IMG/VR virus record: IMGVR_UViG_3300034062_003964
Location: 1 to 64,000 of that record
Origin: a virus
DNA: 64,000 bases
Direction: 5' to 3' (one strand)
The notes under the pieces were generated by a model. That model had not been told where the DNA came from. It saw only the letters and a list, made by a program, of their open reading frames with translations, and ran no database searches. A program made the translations under genes and the position numbers. Positions 1 to 10,440 of the stretch are shown piece after piece (the first letter of the stretch is position 1; every line of letters begins with the position of its first letter).

Positions 1-1
1 A

Positions 2-3000
2 CTTCCATAAATAAAATGGAACTTCCTGAGTTTTAGGGTAACCAAAATAATTTGTTAGTGTTGGTGTAAATGTTGTTATACCAGGAGTTAGTTTAATTCG
101 GTTTTCGGTATTACCCGTAAAGAAGACGCCAACTAACGCATCACCTGAACCGGCAACATATAGTGTATCATCATCGTAGACATCATCACTAAATCCTTCG
201 ACACCATATTCTGAGTTAATACTGAATAATTGTGCAATATCACCATCAATTCTATCTTCACTTCTTGAGAACATTCTGTTGATTGACGCATCTCCAATAC
301 CTAACATTTGACCTAAGAAATTGGAATTTATCAATCGTGAAATAATAAACAATTGTAATAAATCTGATGTATCATTAAACGACGTAGATTGGAAGGTTTC
401 CATTAGGTACCCTTCAAATTGTGGGTTAGCACATATTTCTTTTGTAAATTGGTCTCTCGGACCTAAATCCATTATTGTTGTTGGGAAATATAAGTTCCTT
501 TCATTCATACCTCCATATCCGGCAGGTACAAATGGTGTTAATGGTACAAGTTTTCTTTTTGGCATTTGACCAACAAATTGGCTACCTGTGTAAGGTGTTG
601 CCCGATAATACAATCCATTTGTTTTTCCTTCGGCATAAAATACAGGTCCTTGACCAGGTCTAAAGACGCTATCATAACTACCACAGAATTGATATTTTTT
701 GGGTTGTCCTGTAATATTAAAAATTGTTTTTTTCTTAAACGAGAACATATATAAAGAACCGTTTACCCAATTATTCTGAAATACTTGTGAAAACACACCC
801 CTACAAGCCCCAAACATCATTCTAAATCTAGCCTTCCACTCAATAAAATATTTAATATCCTTAGGTATTGAAATAATTAATGGTTTGTCCACAAAATAAT
901 AACACCCACCACTTACTCGTTTATTATCTAAATTTCCATCACAAGGGTCATTAACACCAAAACTTGTACCCGTACCACTATAACATTCTAAAAGTGTTAA
1001 GTTCTCACATTGTAAAGAACCGATAACAGCATCTGTAATGGCGTTAGAAGTGTCACCAGTTAAATCCGCTAAATTATTAGTCGTATCTGTTGGTTGTAAT
1101 GAAACAAAAGGAGCCACCGTTCCATTACCATCTTCACCAACCAAATACACCGCAAAATTATCATTAAGGTGTAAAGAATATGATGTATTACCACTTGTTT
1201 GTGTTTTTGTTGATGTTGGTAACCTATCGGACCTTAACACCATTCTATTATTATTTGTAATTGTTACATTAGCATTTAACTGTAAATGGTACGCCGGTGA
1301 CATTAATCTTGCTTGACTATTAGGGTTAGCAATAGGGTTAAAAGGTGTTCCAGCAGGTATACTGGAAGTTAATAGAGTACCCCCTTCAAAATTACCTTGT
1401 CCGATAAATGCGTTAGTTATGTAATTATACTGAAAGGTAAAATTATTAACAGTGTTATTACTAATAGCTCCTCCGTTATTTGAATAATGACCTAAATTAT
1501 AACTGTCACCATTAAATGATTTATGAGTTGTTTGACTTTTATCAGTTGAGTTATAGTAGTAAACTGAATTATTTGTGAATGAAGTAAACTGAGTTGGGTC
1601 CACAGTAAATCCATATGGTTCAAAGTATAGGTTAGCTCCATTATATGGTGAGGTTGTGGTATTATCTGTAACTTTATGTGTTTGTGGTGTCACATATGAA
1701 CTATACCAAGGATACATACCTTGTCCAAATGATTGTGGACCCGAATTTGGTTGTATAGGTATATTCAAATGATATATACCCTCTACCGTAGGTCCATTTG
1801 ATAATGCGTAACCAAATAATTTTGAGAGGTCATATTTTATTTTTTGTTTCTCAGTGTAAGGGTCAACCCCTCTACTAAGAATTAAAATTTCCATTTCTAA
1901 AAATCCATCTAAGAATTTCCACGGAGTGATATAATCATTATGATTAAATGATGGTGGTAATCCATAATTATATGTTTGTGTTTTTCTAAACAAATACTGA
2001 TTTAATAAACCAGTTGTTCCACTTGTTATACCTGAAAATTGCTGAGTGGTGGCACCTGTAATAAGTTGGAAGTACTCGACCCCAGCTTTAAATTTATATT
2101 CTTTTCCGTTTTCAGTGATTTTTAATTTTAAAGTCCCACTTTGTACGTTACCGTTTGTATCAACCCAACTAAATTGTTTGTTATATAAACTGTTTGGACT
2201 ATAAGGCGTTGAACCTGTTATATTATTTGTATTATACTGATTAATTGTCGTTAACCCTGTAGTGTTTGGGTCATTGATTGCACTTAAATCCGTAAAGGTT
2301 AATAATTGTCCTGGAGGCATATTTGATATGGTTCCTGAATCACATAACATAACAAGAACACTATCATCAAAGGTTGTTGATGGGTCAACCGTATTAGTAA
2401 GCGGATTAGTATTATTTACAGTAACTTTGATATGATTTAACCCGTCAAAATATCTTTGTCTTACGTTTGCTAAATTCATTGATTGAGCTAAATGAACGTC
2501 ATATCCTATTGAAGGTATTCCCCCTTGTACTAAAAATTGCGTCACAGGAACTTTTAATAGTTTATCTAAGTTGTTTCCTGAATTCAGTACTTGATATCCT
2601 GCATATGCTTGTCTAATCGCATTATTATAACTTTCAGGACTACTAGATGTTGATGCATATGAACTATTATATGTTTCAAATGAAGATATAGAATTTAAAT
2701 CCGCCAATGGGCTAAAATTACTTGCTGATATTGTAACAGTTGCACTTTGTTGGAATGACGATTCATCCGGAGGTAATGCAACATCTTCACAAGGACACGC
2801 TTCACAATCAGGATAAGACATCATAGGTAAAGAAATTCTTTTAAATGGATTTTCTTTATCTAATGGGGTTATGTTTTCTTGTTTACAATCTTCTTTTTTC
2901 TTTTTAGTTGATATTGCAGCAATAATTAAACAAATCCCATATATTACTACGTTTATTATCCATATTATAAGATTTATTATTATTCGAATTACAGGGTATA

Positions 3001-4579
3001 GTAATGCTAAAACATGTAATATTATAATTAAAGACACAAAAACAGGTGTTAAAATTGTAACAAGTAAGTTTAATATGAATACCAAGAAATCAAAATTTCT
3101 AACACCATCGTTAACCGGAAACTTATTAACCGTATTAACACAAGTCCTATCTGTAATATCTTTAATACCTAAATGTCGTAATCTATTTGAACCCCATTTC
3201 CATCTATCGACTAATCCCGATATCGTATAAACTTTATTATAATTAAATTGGTAGAACCTATCTTCACAATCAATAGCTTCTTGTATCATTTGTTGACCTA
3301 TTGTTGTTGTTGGGTCCCCGTATTCAGTCCAATCTAAACTAAAGGCGTATGAGTATAACTGAGCGTCGGTATCGGTTGGCTCGTCATTGTTATTAGATGA
3401 CCAACCCCATTCTTTAACATTAGGAACTAAATAATCACCACGCATAATACTATTTTCCATACCAGCCTCATTCTGATATTGAATTCTAAATCTGTATTTA
3501 CCTTTTGTTGGGATTCCTACTGATGGGTCATTTGATAATACTTGTTCCCCAAATTCATTAGTTGTGACATAATCTAAGTTCATAGGAACTTCAATTAACC
3601 ATGTTCCGTTGTCATCAATTACTTTACCACCTTCAGGTAATGTGTATTGTTCTAAAACAGGTCTTCCATCATTATCGTAATTAATTGTTTGTCTAACCGC
3701 TAAAATTCTACCAGGAGCAGTTACTAAACTACATAGATTACCTGTTTCTTTTCCGGGTTTACAATTTGTTTTCAAATAGTCTTCATCGGCCGATGAAAAA
3801 ATTGACCCCATAAAAACAGCGTGAGGTTTAATATCAATTCCAAAATCTCTTAAATCAAAATCGGCCCTTGTAATCCCAACATTACATAATTCGGTTTCAC
3901 CCCAAAATGAAGTAACATCAACATCTTGTTTGATGTTAACAATTTGTGGTAAGGAATTTAAATCTGTTGATGATTTGAATTGGTCTCCGTCAAATTGCTC
4001 AGTAGTTGCTAAACCCGCTCTTATTAAATCTGCAGGTCTTAAAGAAAAACAACCAATGTTTGATAAATCTAAATCTAAAATTAATGTTTGAATTCCAAGT
4101 GGGGCTCCGATTATCATAAAGTCACCACTTTCATTAGTTTTAACGGTAAACTTATAATACTTTTCGTATACCTCTAAAACTTCAGTTCTTGTTAAAACAT
4201 CATTTTTATCAGGAAAAGTTCCAGTTGCAGTATGCCCATCATATTCTTTTACGTAAGGTAATAGGTTATATCTATAACCATCTTCATTTTTTTGTTCTAC
4301 GTTTTTATAAGGATAAAGTGTGGATATTACCGGGTCATTTTCATCAATTGCATCAAGAGGAATAAATATAGATACATTTGCGTTTGGTACACCATATCCA
4401 CCGTTAACAATTACCCTACCAGCAACTACACCATAATCAGCACAAAACCTCGTATAAACGTCTTCTTGTCTTAATTTTAAAGACAGCATTTCTAAAAAAT
4501 CAAAATCCTGAGTGACGTTAATTCGTATACTTCTTTCTTTTTTTCCTGGTGTTGATTTTATCCTATAACTTTTGGTCAT
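2..4579 (-). CDS. Giant baseplate-associated virion protein (>1525 aa; runs off left end of window)
   Basis: Not in ORF track because it is open at the window edge. ATG at 4579 gives MTKSYRIKSTPGKKERSIRINVTQDFDFLEMLSLKLRQEDVYTRFCADYGVVAGRV...; the frame was spot-checked at ~3088, ~2059 and 2-30 (…QEVPFYLWK). Lies directly downstream of the baseplate wedge gene; Cys/Thr/Asn-rich. Confidence 0.8.
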   Translation of the reverse strand, partial: MTKSYRIKSTPGKKERSIRINVTQDFDFLEMLSLKLRQEDVYTRFCADYGVVAGRVIVNGGYGVPNANVSIFIPLDAIDENDPVISTLYPYKNVEQKNEDGYRYNLLPYVKEYDGHTATGTFPDKNDVLTRTEVLEVYEKYYKFTVKTNESGDFMIIGAPLGIQTLILDLDLSNIGCFSLRPADLIRAGLATTEQFDGDQFKSSTDLNSLPQIVNIKQDVDVTSFWGETELCNVGITRADFDLRDFGIDIKPHAVFMGSIFSSADEDYLKTNCKPGKETGNLCSLVTAPGRILAVRQTINYDNDGRPVLEQYTLPEGGKVIDDNGTWLIEVPMNLDYVTTNEFGEQVLSNDPSVGIPTKGKYRFRIQYQNEAGMENSIMRGDYLVPNVKEWGWSSNNNDEPTDTDAQLYSYAFSLDWTEYGDPTTTIGQQMIQEAIDCEDRFYQFNYNKVYTISGLVDRWKWGSNRLRHLGIKDITDRTCVNTVNKFPVNDGVRNFDFLVFILNLLVTILTPVFVSLIIILHVLALLYPVIRIIINLIIWIINVVIYGICLIIAAISTKKKKEDCKQENITPLDKENPFKRISLPMMSYPDCEACPCEDVALPPDESSFQQSATVTISASNFSPLADLNSISSFETYNSSYASTSSSPESYNNAIRQAYAGYQVLNSGNNLDKLLKVPVTQFLVQGGIPSIGYDVHLAQSMNLANVRQRYFDGLNHIKVTVNNTNPLTNTVDPSTTFDDSVLVMLCDSGTISNMPPGQLLTFTDLSAINDPNTTGLTTINQYNTNNITGSTPYSPNSLYNKQFSWVDTNGNVQSGTLKLKITENGKEYKFKAGVEYFQLITGATTQQFSGITSGTTGLLNQYLFRKTQTYNYGLPPSFNHNDYITPWKFLDGFLEMEILILSRGVDPYTEKQKIKYDLSKLFGYALSNGPTVEGIYHLNIPIQPNSGPQSFGQGMYPWYSSYVTPQTHKVTDNTTTSPYNGANLYFEPYGFTVDPTQFTSFTNNSVYYYNSTDKSQTTHKSFNGDSYNLGHYSNNGGAISNNTVNNFTFQYNYITNAFIGQGNFEGGTLLTSSIPAGTPFNPIANPNSQARLMSPAYHLQLNANVTITNNNRMVLRSDRLPTSTKTQTSGNTSYSLHLNDNFAVYLVGEDGNGTVAPFVSLQPTDTTNNLADLTGDTSNAITDAVIGSLQCENLTLLECYSGTGTSFGVNDPCDGNLDNKRVSGGCYYFVDKPLIISIPKDIKYFIEWKARFRMMFGACRGVFSQVFQNNWVNGSLYMFSFKKKTIFNITGQPKKYQFCGSYDSVFRPGQGPVFYAEGKTNGLYYRATPYTGSQFVGQMPKRKLVPLTPFVPAGYGGMNERNLYFPTTIMDLGPRDQFTKEICANPQFEGYLMETFQSTSFNDTSDLLQLFIISRLINSNFLGQMLGIGDASINRMFSRSEDRIDGDIAQLFSINSEYGVEGFSDDVYDDDTLYVAGSGDALVGVFFTGNTENRIKLTPGITTFTPTLTNYFGYPKTQEVPFYLWK

Positions 4580-4650
4580 TTGTGCTTTTAAAATAAATAG
4601 TTATTTTACCCATTTTAAAAATAGGTAAGTAGTTTAGGAAATAAATAATC

Positions 4651-6489
4651 TTAGGAGAAATCTACGGTCGCAAGATTTTTAACATACACTCGTATGTCTT
4701 TATTATCAAAACGTATTTGATAAACCTGTGAAGGTTCTGCGTAAATATTATCGTCAATTAATCTAATCTCACGAGTTGCTTTATTGATATACGACTGTGA
4801 CGTTTCTGATGTTGAATATTGTCCACCTACTAAGTTAAAAACTTGTAAATTAGATAAACTTATCACACCTGCGGTATTTTGAATTAACCTTCTTACATCA
4901 GATATGTTTACGTTTTGTCCCATATCACGATTTCCTGGTGTCATATAATTTGAAACTTGATTAATAATTTCAGTAATAACTTGACCTCTATTAACATTTG
5001 ATTCCACAACCACATATATATCAAAAGCTAAGTCGATAACTTTAGCTACATCAATTTGTATGTAGTCATTTATCATTCTATATTTTGAAAGGTAAGTTGC
5101 TAAGTTTGTCTTAAGATTATTAGAAACCGTTTGTGTCAATTTACCATTTTCATCATAAGCTAAAATTTGAACGGTGATTTTATTATCTAATTCAGTAATT
5201 GCAACTTTTGCGGGTGCTCCAAATTTTCCTGGCATCGTATCAATTAATGATTTATAATCGTTTACAGTTACTGCTCTTTTTTGTGCCGCAAAATTAAATG
5301 CCACCATGTTTCTCACTTCTTCTGTTGTTGGTGGGTTTGACCCTCCAATCGCTGCAGTTACATTATTAACCGTTAAAGAATCAATTACATTTGAGTTAAT
5401 TGAACTTGATGGACCATTTACCGAAAAATCAATTGTTCCTACTTGATTGATTACCCCAACACCAACATTTGACGCTAAACCACCACCTGTTCTATATTGG
5501 ACAAAAATTGTTGTATTTGGTTGAACCGTTAACCCTAAACCAATGTTATTTTGGTAATTAGCCAAGTCTAAGTTTATACCTAACTTAGCAAAGTTAGCCA
5601 ATTGAATATTTGGAGTTGTCGTTCCTCCTCCAAATTGAACTTTTAAAAATCCTTCGGGTGTGTATTCGGTAATGAATCTATTTTCAGTTTTAATATATTT
5701 TCCAACTTTAACACCAGCATTATCCACAGGTTTTGTTGGGTCTTCTATGAATACCGTATCTTCAGCCAATGCATCAACTTCATACCATCTATTTGTAGCC
5801 GTTACAAATTCAGTATAATCGGGAACGTTTGGATATCCAGTTCCGTCTTTTTGAATTATAGAATTAACACCTAAAACGTTTCTTTCAGGTAAAAAGAAAT
5901 TAAAGAAAGGAACCACATCGGATGGGTTGATTACTCTTTTAAAAACTTTGGTTGTTCCGTTAACCACAACCTCTTGTTTTGTGATTACGTAATTAATGAT
6001 TTTTTGGTTAGCATCAAAAGTAGGTACTTTAGTTCTATTAACTTCACCTTCTTGGTTATATTGATTAGTGAAGTCAATATCATAAACCGTTTCGAATGAA
6101 TTTCCTCCTCCGTTAAATTGTGAACCCGCTCTTAAAATTCCTAAATATCTAAAATCTTCAGCATCACCTAATGGTGGGACTGTGATTGAAATATTAACCA
6201 CGGCAACGGATGGTCTGTAACCAGGTATTTTTAAACCATAAGTTCTTGCAATATTAAAGATTGAAGACTTCTGTTGGGCATATTGTAATACAGTCTCTTG
6301 TACACTTCTATCAATATGATAATGTAAATTATCGGCAACCGCAGCATTTAAATCCATTAAAACAGAGAATACAGATGCATCATTAAAATTTTGAACGAGC
6401 TCAGGATAATACTGTTTAGTGTAATTAATTAAACCATCTCTGATTGATTCAAAATCCCTATCGGTATAGTTAATTTTATTATTAGCCAT
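4651..6489 (-). CDS. Baseplate wedge subunit (T4 gp6 / baseplate J-like)
   Basis: N-term YTDRDFESIRDGLINY...YHIDRSVQE...AQQKSSIFNIARTYG; internal FGGG, YRTGGG..SN and AQKRAVTVNDY motifs typical of gp6/J-like wedge proteins; next to gp25-like gene. Confidence 0.85.
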   Translation of the reverse strand: MANNKINYTDRDFESIRDGLINYTKQYYPELVQNFNDASVFSVLMDLNAAVADNLHYHIDRSVQETVLQYAQQKSSIFNIARTYGLKIPGYRPSVAVVNISITVPPLGDAEDFRYLGILRAGSQFNGGGNSFETVYDIDFTNQYNQEGEVNRTKVPTFDANQKIINYVITKQEVVVNGTTKVFKRVINPSDVVPFFNFFLPERNVLGVNSIIQKDGTGYPNVPDYTEFVTATNRWYEVDALAEDTVFIEDPTKPVDNAGVKVGKYIKTENRFITEYTPEGFLKVQFGGGTTTPNIQLANFAKLGINLDLANYQNNIGLGLTVQPNTTIFVQYRTGGGLASNVGVGVINQVGTIDFSVNGPSSSINSNVIDSLTVNNVTAAIGGSNPPTTEEVRNMVAFNFAAQKRAVTVNDYKSLIDTMPGKFGAPAKVAITELDNKITVQILAYDENGKLTQTVSNNLKTNLATYLSKYRMINDYIQIDVAKVIDLAFDIYVVVESNVNRGQVITEIINQVSNYMTPGNRDMGQNVNISDVRRLIQNTAGVISLSNLQVFNLVGGQYSTSETSQSYINKATREIRLIDDNIYAEPSQVYQIRFDNKDIRVYVKNLATVDFS

Positions 6490-6490
6490 A

Positions 6491-6955
6491 TTATATGTTA
6501 ATTATAACAAATTGTCGACTACCAAATGCTCTTGCATCATTTGTATAATCAATTTTTATTTTTGCACTATATTCTGCGGTGTTTGCTCCCGGTATACGAT
6601 AAATACTCGCCTGACCCAATAATTCATAGTCTAATTGACCTGAAGTTTCTCCAGCATCGGTATACGATTCTACAGTTATACTATTAATAGTAATATTTGG
6701 GATATACTTACTAATTTGTTCTTCTATTTCAGATTTAATCTCTTCAAAGGTTGCCCCATCTAATGGTTCAAAAATATATTCATACATTCGAGTACCAAAA
6801 TCAGGTAAAAAATACCTAGAACCTCTCCTTGTTAATAACAAGTGAACAAGATTTGCCCTTATTTCTTCATCCGTAGTTTCAGTTAATTTTAAATAATTAC
6901 CCTTTTCACTTTGTATGAATGGAAAATTTATACCATATGTTATTCCGTTAGCCAT
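6491..6955 (-). CDS. Baseplate wedge / sheath initiator, gp25 (GPW_gp25) family
   Basis: IRANLVHLLLTRRGSRYFLPDFGTRMYEYIFEP matches the gp25 signature (LLT..GER...P.FG). Confidence 0.9.
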   Translation of the reverse strand: MANGITYGINFPFIQSEKGNYLKLTETTDEEIRANLVHLLLTRRGSRYFLPDFGTRMYEYIFEPLDGATFEEIKSEIEEQISKYIPNITINSITVESYTDAGETSGQLDYELLGQASIYRIPGANTAEYSAKIKIDYTNDARAFGSRQFVIINI

Positions 6956-7002
6956 ATTACATAAATATAGTGTCTCGATATTTTCAATAAATAGTTATAA
7001 AA

Positions 7003-7030
7003 TAAAAAATCCCGACATAGTGTCGGGATT
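7003..7030 (-). terminator. Intrinsic terminator after nrdA
   Basis: Stem AATCCCGACA-TAG-TGTCGGGATT (7008-7030) followed by a T-run on the minus strand. Confidence 0.7.
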
Positions 7031-7040
7031 AGTGTCGCGA

Positions 7041-9467
7041 TTAAGATGAACAACCAAAACATTCAAAATCAGTATTTGTTGGTTTTGGTGGTAAGTTCAT
7101 TGTCGAGTAATCAACTTGTGGCACCTCAACCTTTTTAGGTTTTTCTCTTTTACTCATGTCAAGTGCCAAATGTTTCGCTCCCGTTGAGATAGCTTTGGTT
7201 CTTACATAATAACAAAGAGTCTTTAAACCTTTTTCCCAAGAGTGGAAGTGTGATGATGTAATTTTAGATAGGGTTGGGTTACCCATATAGATATTCATTG
7301 ACTGTGATTGGTCGATGAATGGTGCTCTATCGGCAGCCATATCAATTAATTGTTTCTGTGAAATCTCCCAAATAGTTTTATACTTAGGTATTAAGTGTTC
7401 AATTCTTTTTACTTTTTTCAAATAATTTTTGTCTTCAGAATCTAAGTAATTATTAAAATTAATATTTTGAATCGACCCTTCATTTAAGATAATTTCATTT
7501 TTTAAATCTTCAGACCAAATACCAATCTTTTCAAAATCATTGATGAGGTATTTGTTAACAATCATAATTTCTCCGCCAACAACTCGTCTATTAAATATTG
7601 CCGAGTGTGCTGGTTCTGTCATTTCATATGAACCTGTTATTTTCGCTGAAGAGGCAACTGGCATCTGTGCGGTAAATAATGAATTACATATACCATAGTC
7701 AGAAACACTTTTCTTTAGTTTGTTCCAATCCCACATTCCTGAAAGTTCTGTTTCATTAACTCCCCACATATCGAATTGGAAAATACCTTTTGACATTGGT
7801 GAATCTTTAAAGAATGAATATGATTCATATTTACCGTTCATACATAACTCATTACTTTCTGTAATCGCAGCGTAATAGATAGTTTCAAAAATATCTTTAT
7901 TTAATTTTTTAGCTTCATCAGATGTGAAAGTATAGTCCATTAAATAAAATACGTCAGCCAAACCTTGTGTTCCAATAGCGATTGCTCGTTGTTCTAACCC
8001 ACCTTTTAATCCTTTTTCGGTTGAGTAATTATTAATGTCGATAACTTTGTTTAGTCCCTTAACGACTTTACGTGTTTCTTCATATAATAAATTGAAATTA
8101 AACTCACCATCTTTAACAAAGTTTTTCAATACCATAGATGATAAAGTACAAATCGCAGTAGTCTTTTCATCGGTATATTGGTAAATCTCATTACACAAGT
8201 TAGATTGTTTAATTACACCAATATTTTGGTGGTTAGTCTTTCTATTTGCATTGTCCTTAGAACATAGATAAGGAACTCCCGTTTCTACTTGTGACTCAAC
8301 AATTTTAGACCATATGTCTTGTGCTTTAACTTTTTTACCAAGACCCATACTTACTGCGGTGTTATATACTTCTTCGTATTCTTCGCCATAACATTCTTGT
8401 AAACCTTTTAATCCCGCCTTTTTAATATCATTAGGACAGAACAAATACCATTCAGCATTATTTTTAACAGCCTTCATAAAATTGTCAGGAATCCAAAGTG
8501 CCGTAAATAAATCACGAGCTCTCAATTCTTCGGCGCCTGTGTTCTTTTTAATATCTAATAAATCAAAGATGTCTTTGTGCCATGGTTCAAGATAGATAGC
8601 AGCACTACCCGGTCTACGTCCTTGCTGATTAAAGAATCTAAGTGATTCATTAACAATCTTTAAGTATTTTAAAAGTCCACCCGCATAACCACCTGAAGTT
8701 GATATTCTACTTTCTTTACTACGGATGTTTGACATTGAAAGTCCGATACCCGCGGCATCTGAAGAGAACGTTGAAATGTCTCTTAGAGTTCCTAACAAAC
8801 CTTCTCTTGAATCCGAGTCGTTATAATGTAATACACAAGATGCTAATTGTGGCACTTTAGTACCTGAGTTAATCATGATTGGTGTTGCCTTAGAAATAAG
8901 TTGATTTGATAAAGAAGTATAATATTCTTTAGCCTGTTCCAACGTTTCTGTAACCCACAATGCAACTCTCATATACATATGTTGTGGTCTTTCAATAACC
9001 TGACCTGTTGGTCTTTTTAACAAATACATTTCTTGTAATGACCTCCAAGCAAAATAATCAAAGTTATAATCATTTTCATGTCTTATAATCGCATCGATGT
9101 TTTCTTCACCATATTGATTTATTTTATTCATCAATTCTTCATGAACTACACCATCTCCGTATAATACTTTCATAGTATCACAAAAACTATCTGAAGTTTC
9201 TTTATGGTAAGATGAAATAGCAACAGATGAAGCAAGTCTTGAATAGTCGTGATGACTTCCGGTATACGCCGCAGCAATTTCATAAATCAACTTATCCAAC
9301 TCTTTAGTTGTGACTTTACCTTCTGTTGGTACAGAAGTAATAACTTTGATGAAAATCTCATCAGAGTTAACGTTTAATCCTTTTGCGGAACGCTTTACTC
9401 GGTTGTAAATTTTTTGTGGGTTAAAGGCCACAAGGTCTCCGTCTCTTTTAATTATTTTTAATGACAT
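7041..9467 (-). CDS. nrdA: Ribonucleoside-diphosphate reductase class Ia alpha subunit with N-terminal ATP cone
   Basis: IIKRDG ATP-cone start; QLASC, SNLCNEI (catalytic Cys), AQMPVASS, TLCYYVRT, C-terminal CFGCSS. Confidence 0.97.
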   Translation of the reverse strand: MSLKIIKRDGDLVAFNPQKIYNRVKRSAKGLNVNSDEIFIKVITSVPTEGKVTTKELDKLIYEIAAAYTGSHHDYSRLASSVAISSYHKETSDSFCDTMKVLYGDGVVHEELMNKINQYGEENIDAIIRHENDYNFDYFAWRSLQEMYLLKRPTGQVIERPQHMYMRVALWVTETLEQAKEYYTSLSNQLISKATPIMINSGTKVPQLASCVLHYNDSDSREGLLGTLRDISTFSSDAAGIGLSMSNIRSKESRISTSGGYAGGLLKYLKIVNESLRFFNQQGRRPGSAAIYLEPWHKDIFDLLDIKKNTGAEELRARDLFTALWIPDNFMKAVKNNAEWYLFCPNDIKKAGLKGLQECYGEEYEEVYNTAVSMGLGKKVKAQDIWSKIVESQVETGVPYLCSKDNANRKTNHQNIGVIKQSNLCNEIYQYTDEKTTAICTLSSMVLKNFVKDGEFNFNLLYEETRKVVKGLNKVIDINNYSTEKGLKGGLEQRAIAIGTQGLADVFYLMDYTFTSDEAKKLNKDIFETIYYAAITESNELCMNGKYESYSFFKDSPMSKGIFQFDMWGVNETELSGMWDWNKLKKSVSDYGICNSLFTAQMPVASSAKITGSYEMTEPAHSAIFNRRVVGGEIMIVNKYLINDFEKIGIWSEDLKNEIILNEGSIQNINFNNYLDSEDKNYLKKVKRIEHLIPKYKTIWEISQKQLIDMAADRAPFIDQSQSMNIYMGNPTLSKITSSHFHSWEKGLKTLCYYVRTKAISTGAKHLALDMSKREKPKKVEVPQVDYSTMNLPPKPTNTDFECFGCSS

Positions 9468-9477
9468 GTTATAAAAT

Positions 9478-10425
9478 TTAAAAATCGTCTGTGAATGCTA
9501 TAGTTTCGTTTAACTTCGCTTTTTGGTATTCCATCGTTCTAGATTCAAAGAAATTACCTTTAGTTTCAACCGCAATTTGTTCCATGAACTTAAACGGTTG
9601 TTCTACATTAAATTCTTTACTACATCCGAATTTAAGTAAGAGACCATCAACAACAAACTCCAAATATTGTTTCATCAAGTTTGAATTCATACCGATTAAA
9701 GATACCGGTAAGGATTCAGTGATGAATTCTTTTTCGATTTCTAAAGCCGATAATAAAATCTCTTTAATTCTTTTTTCAGATGGTTTTTCTTCCAAGTGGT
9801 TATTCAGCAAGTGAATTGCAAAATCACAATGTAAGTTTTCATCTTTAAAGATAAGTGAGTTAGCATTACATAGTCCTTGCATAATTCCTCTTGATTTCAT
9901 CCAGAAAATAGAACAGAATGAACCTGAAAAGAAGATACCTTCAACAGCCGCAAACGCAACCAATCTTTCTGCGAATGATGCATTTTCAATCCATTCTAAT
10001 GCCCATTTAGCTTTCTTTTGAACCGCAGGTAGTCTATCAATCGCATTGAAACACTCGTCCTTTTCTTTAGCGTTTGAGATGTATGTATCAATCAATAATG
10101 AATACATTAATGAGTGAATGTTTTCCATAGCCAATTGGATTCCGTAGAAAAACTTAGCTTCAGGATACTGTACTTCACGATAGAAGTTTTCGGCCAAGTT
10201 TTCATTTACAATACCATCTGAAGCCGCAAAAAATGATAATACGTTCTTAATAAAGTATTTTTCATTGTCTGTTAGATTTTCCCAATCTCTGATGTCATTG
10301 GTTAAATCTACTTCCTCTGCCGTCCAAAATGCGGCTTGGTGTTGTTTGTAAAATTCCCATATATCGTTGTGTTCAATAGGGAAGATGACGAACCGACCAG
10401 GATTTTCTGTTAATATTTTTTCCAT
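9478..10425 (-). CDS. nrdB: Ribonucleoside-diphosphate reductase class Ia beta subunit
   Basis: [30 protein letters not shown] (radical Tyr), [21 protein letters not shown]. Confidence 0.97.
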   Translation of the reverse strand: MEKILTENPGRFVIFPIEHNDIWEFYKQHQAAFWTAEEVDLTNDIRDWENLTDNEKYFIKNVLSFFAASDGIVNENLAENFYREVQYPEAKFFYGIQLAMENIHSLMYSLLIDTYISNAKEKDECFNAIDRLPAVQKKAKWALEWIENASFAERLVAFAAVEGIFFSGSFCSIFWMKSRGIMQGLCNANSLIFKDENLHCDFAIHLLNNHLEEKPSEKRIKEILLSALEIEKEFITESLPVSLIGMNSNLMKQYLEFVVDGLLLKFGCSKEFNVEQPFKFMEQIAVETKGNFFESRTMEYQKAKLNETIAFTDDF

Positions 10426-10440
10426 AATTTTTTAATTAAT

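Noticed and set aside
321-4474. Short plus-strand ORFs in the track (and similar antisense ORFs throughout)
   Set aside because: They are shadows of long genes on the opposite strand or in another frame, with no recognisable motifs.
7041-10425. Eukaryotic giant-virus origin suggested by eukaryote-like RNR, SNF2 and PolB
   Set aside because: Sheath, tube, baseplate and neck genes, bacterial-type promoters and terminators, and coupled operons indicate a tailed bacteriophage.
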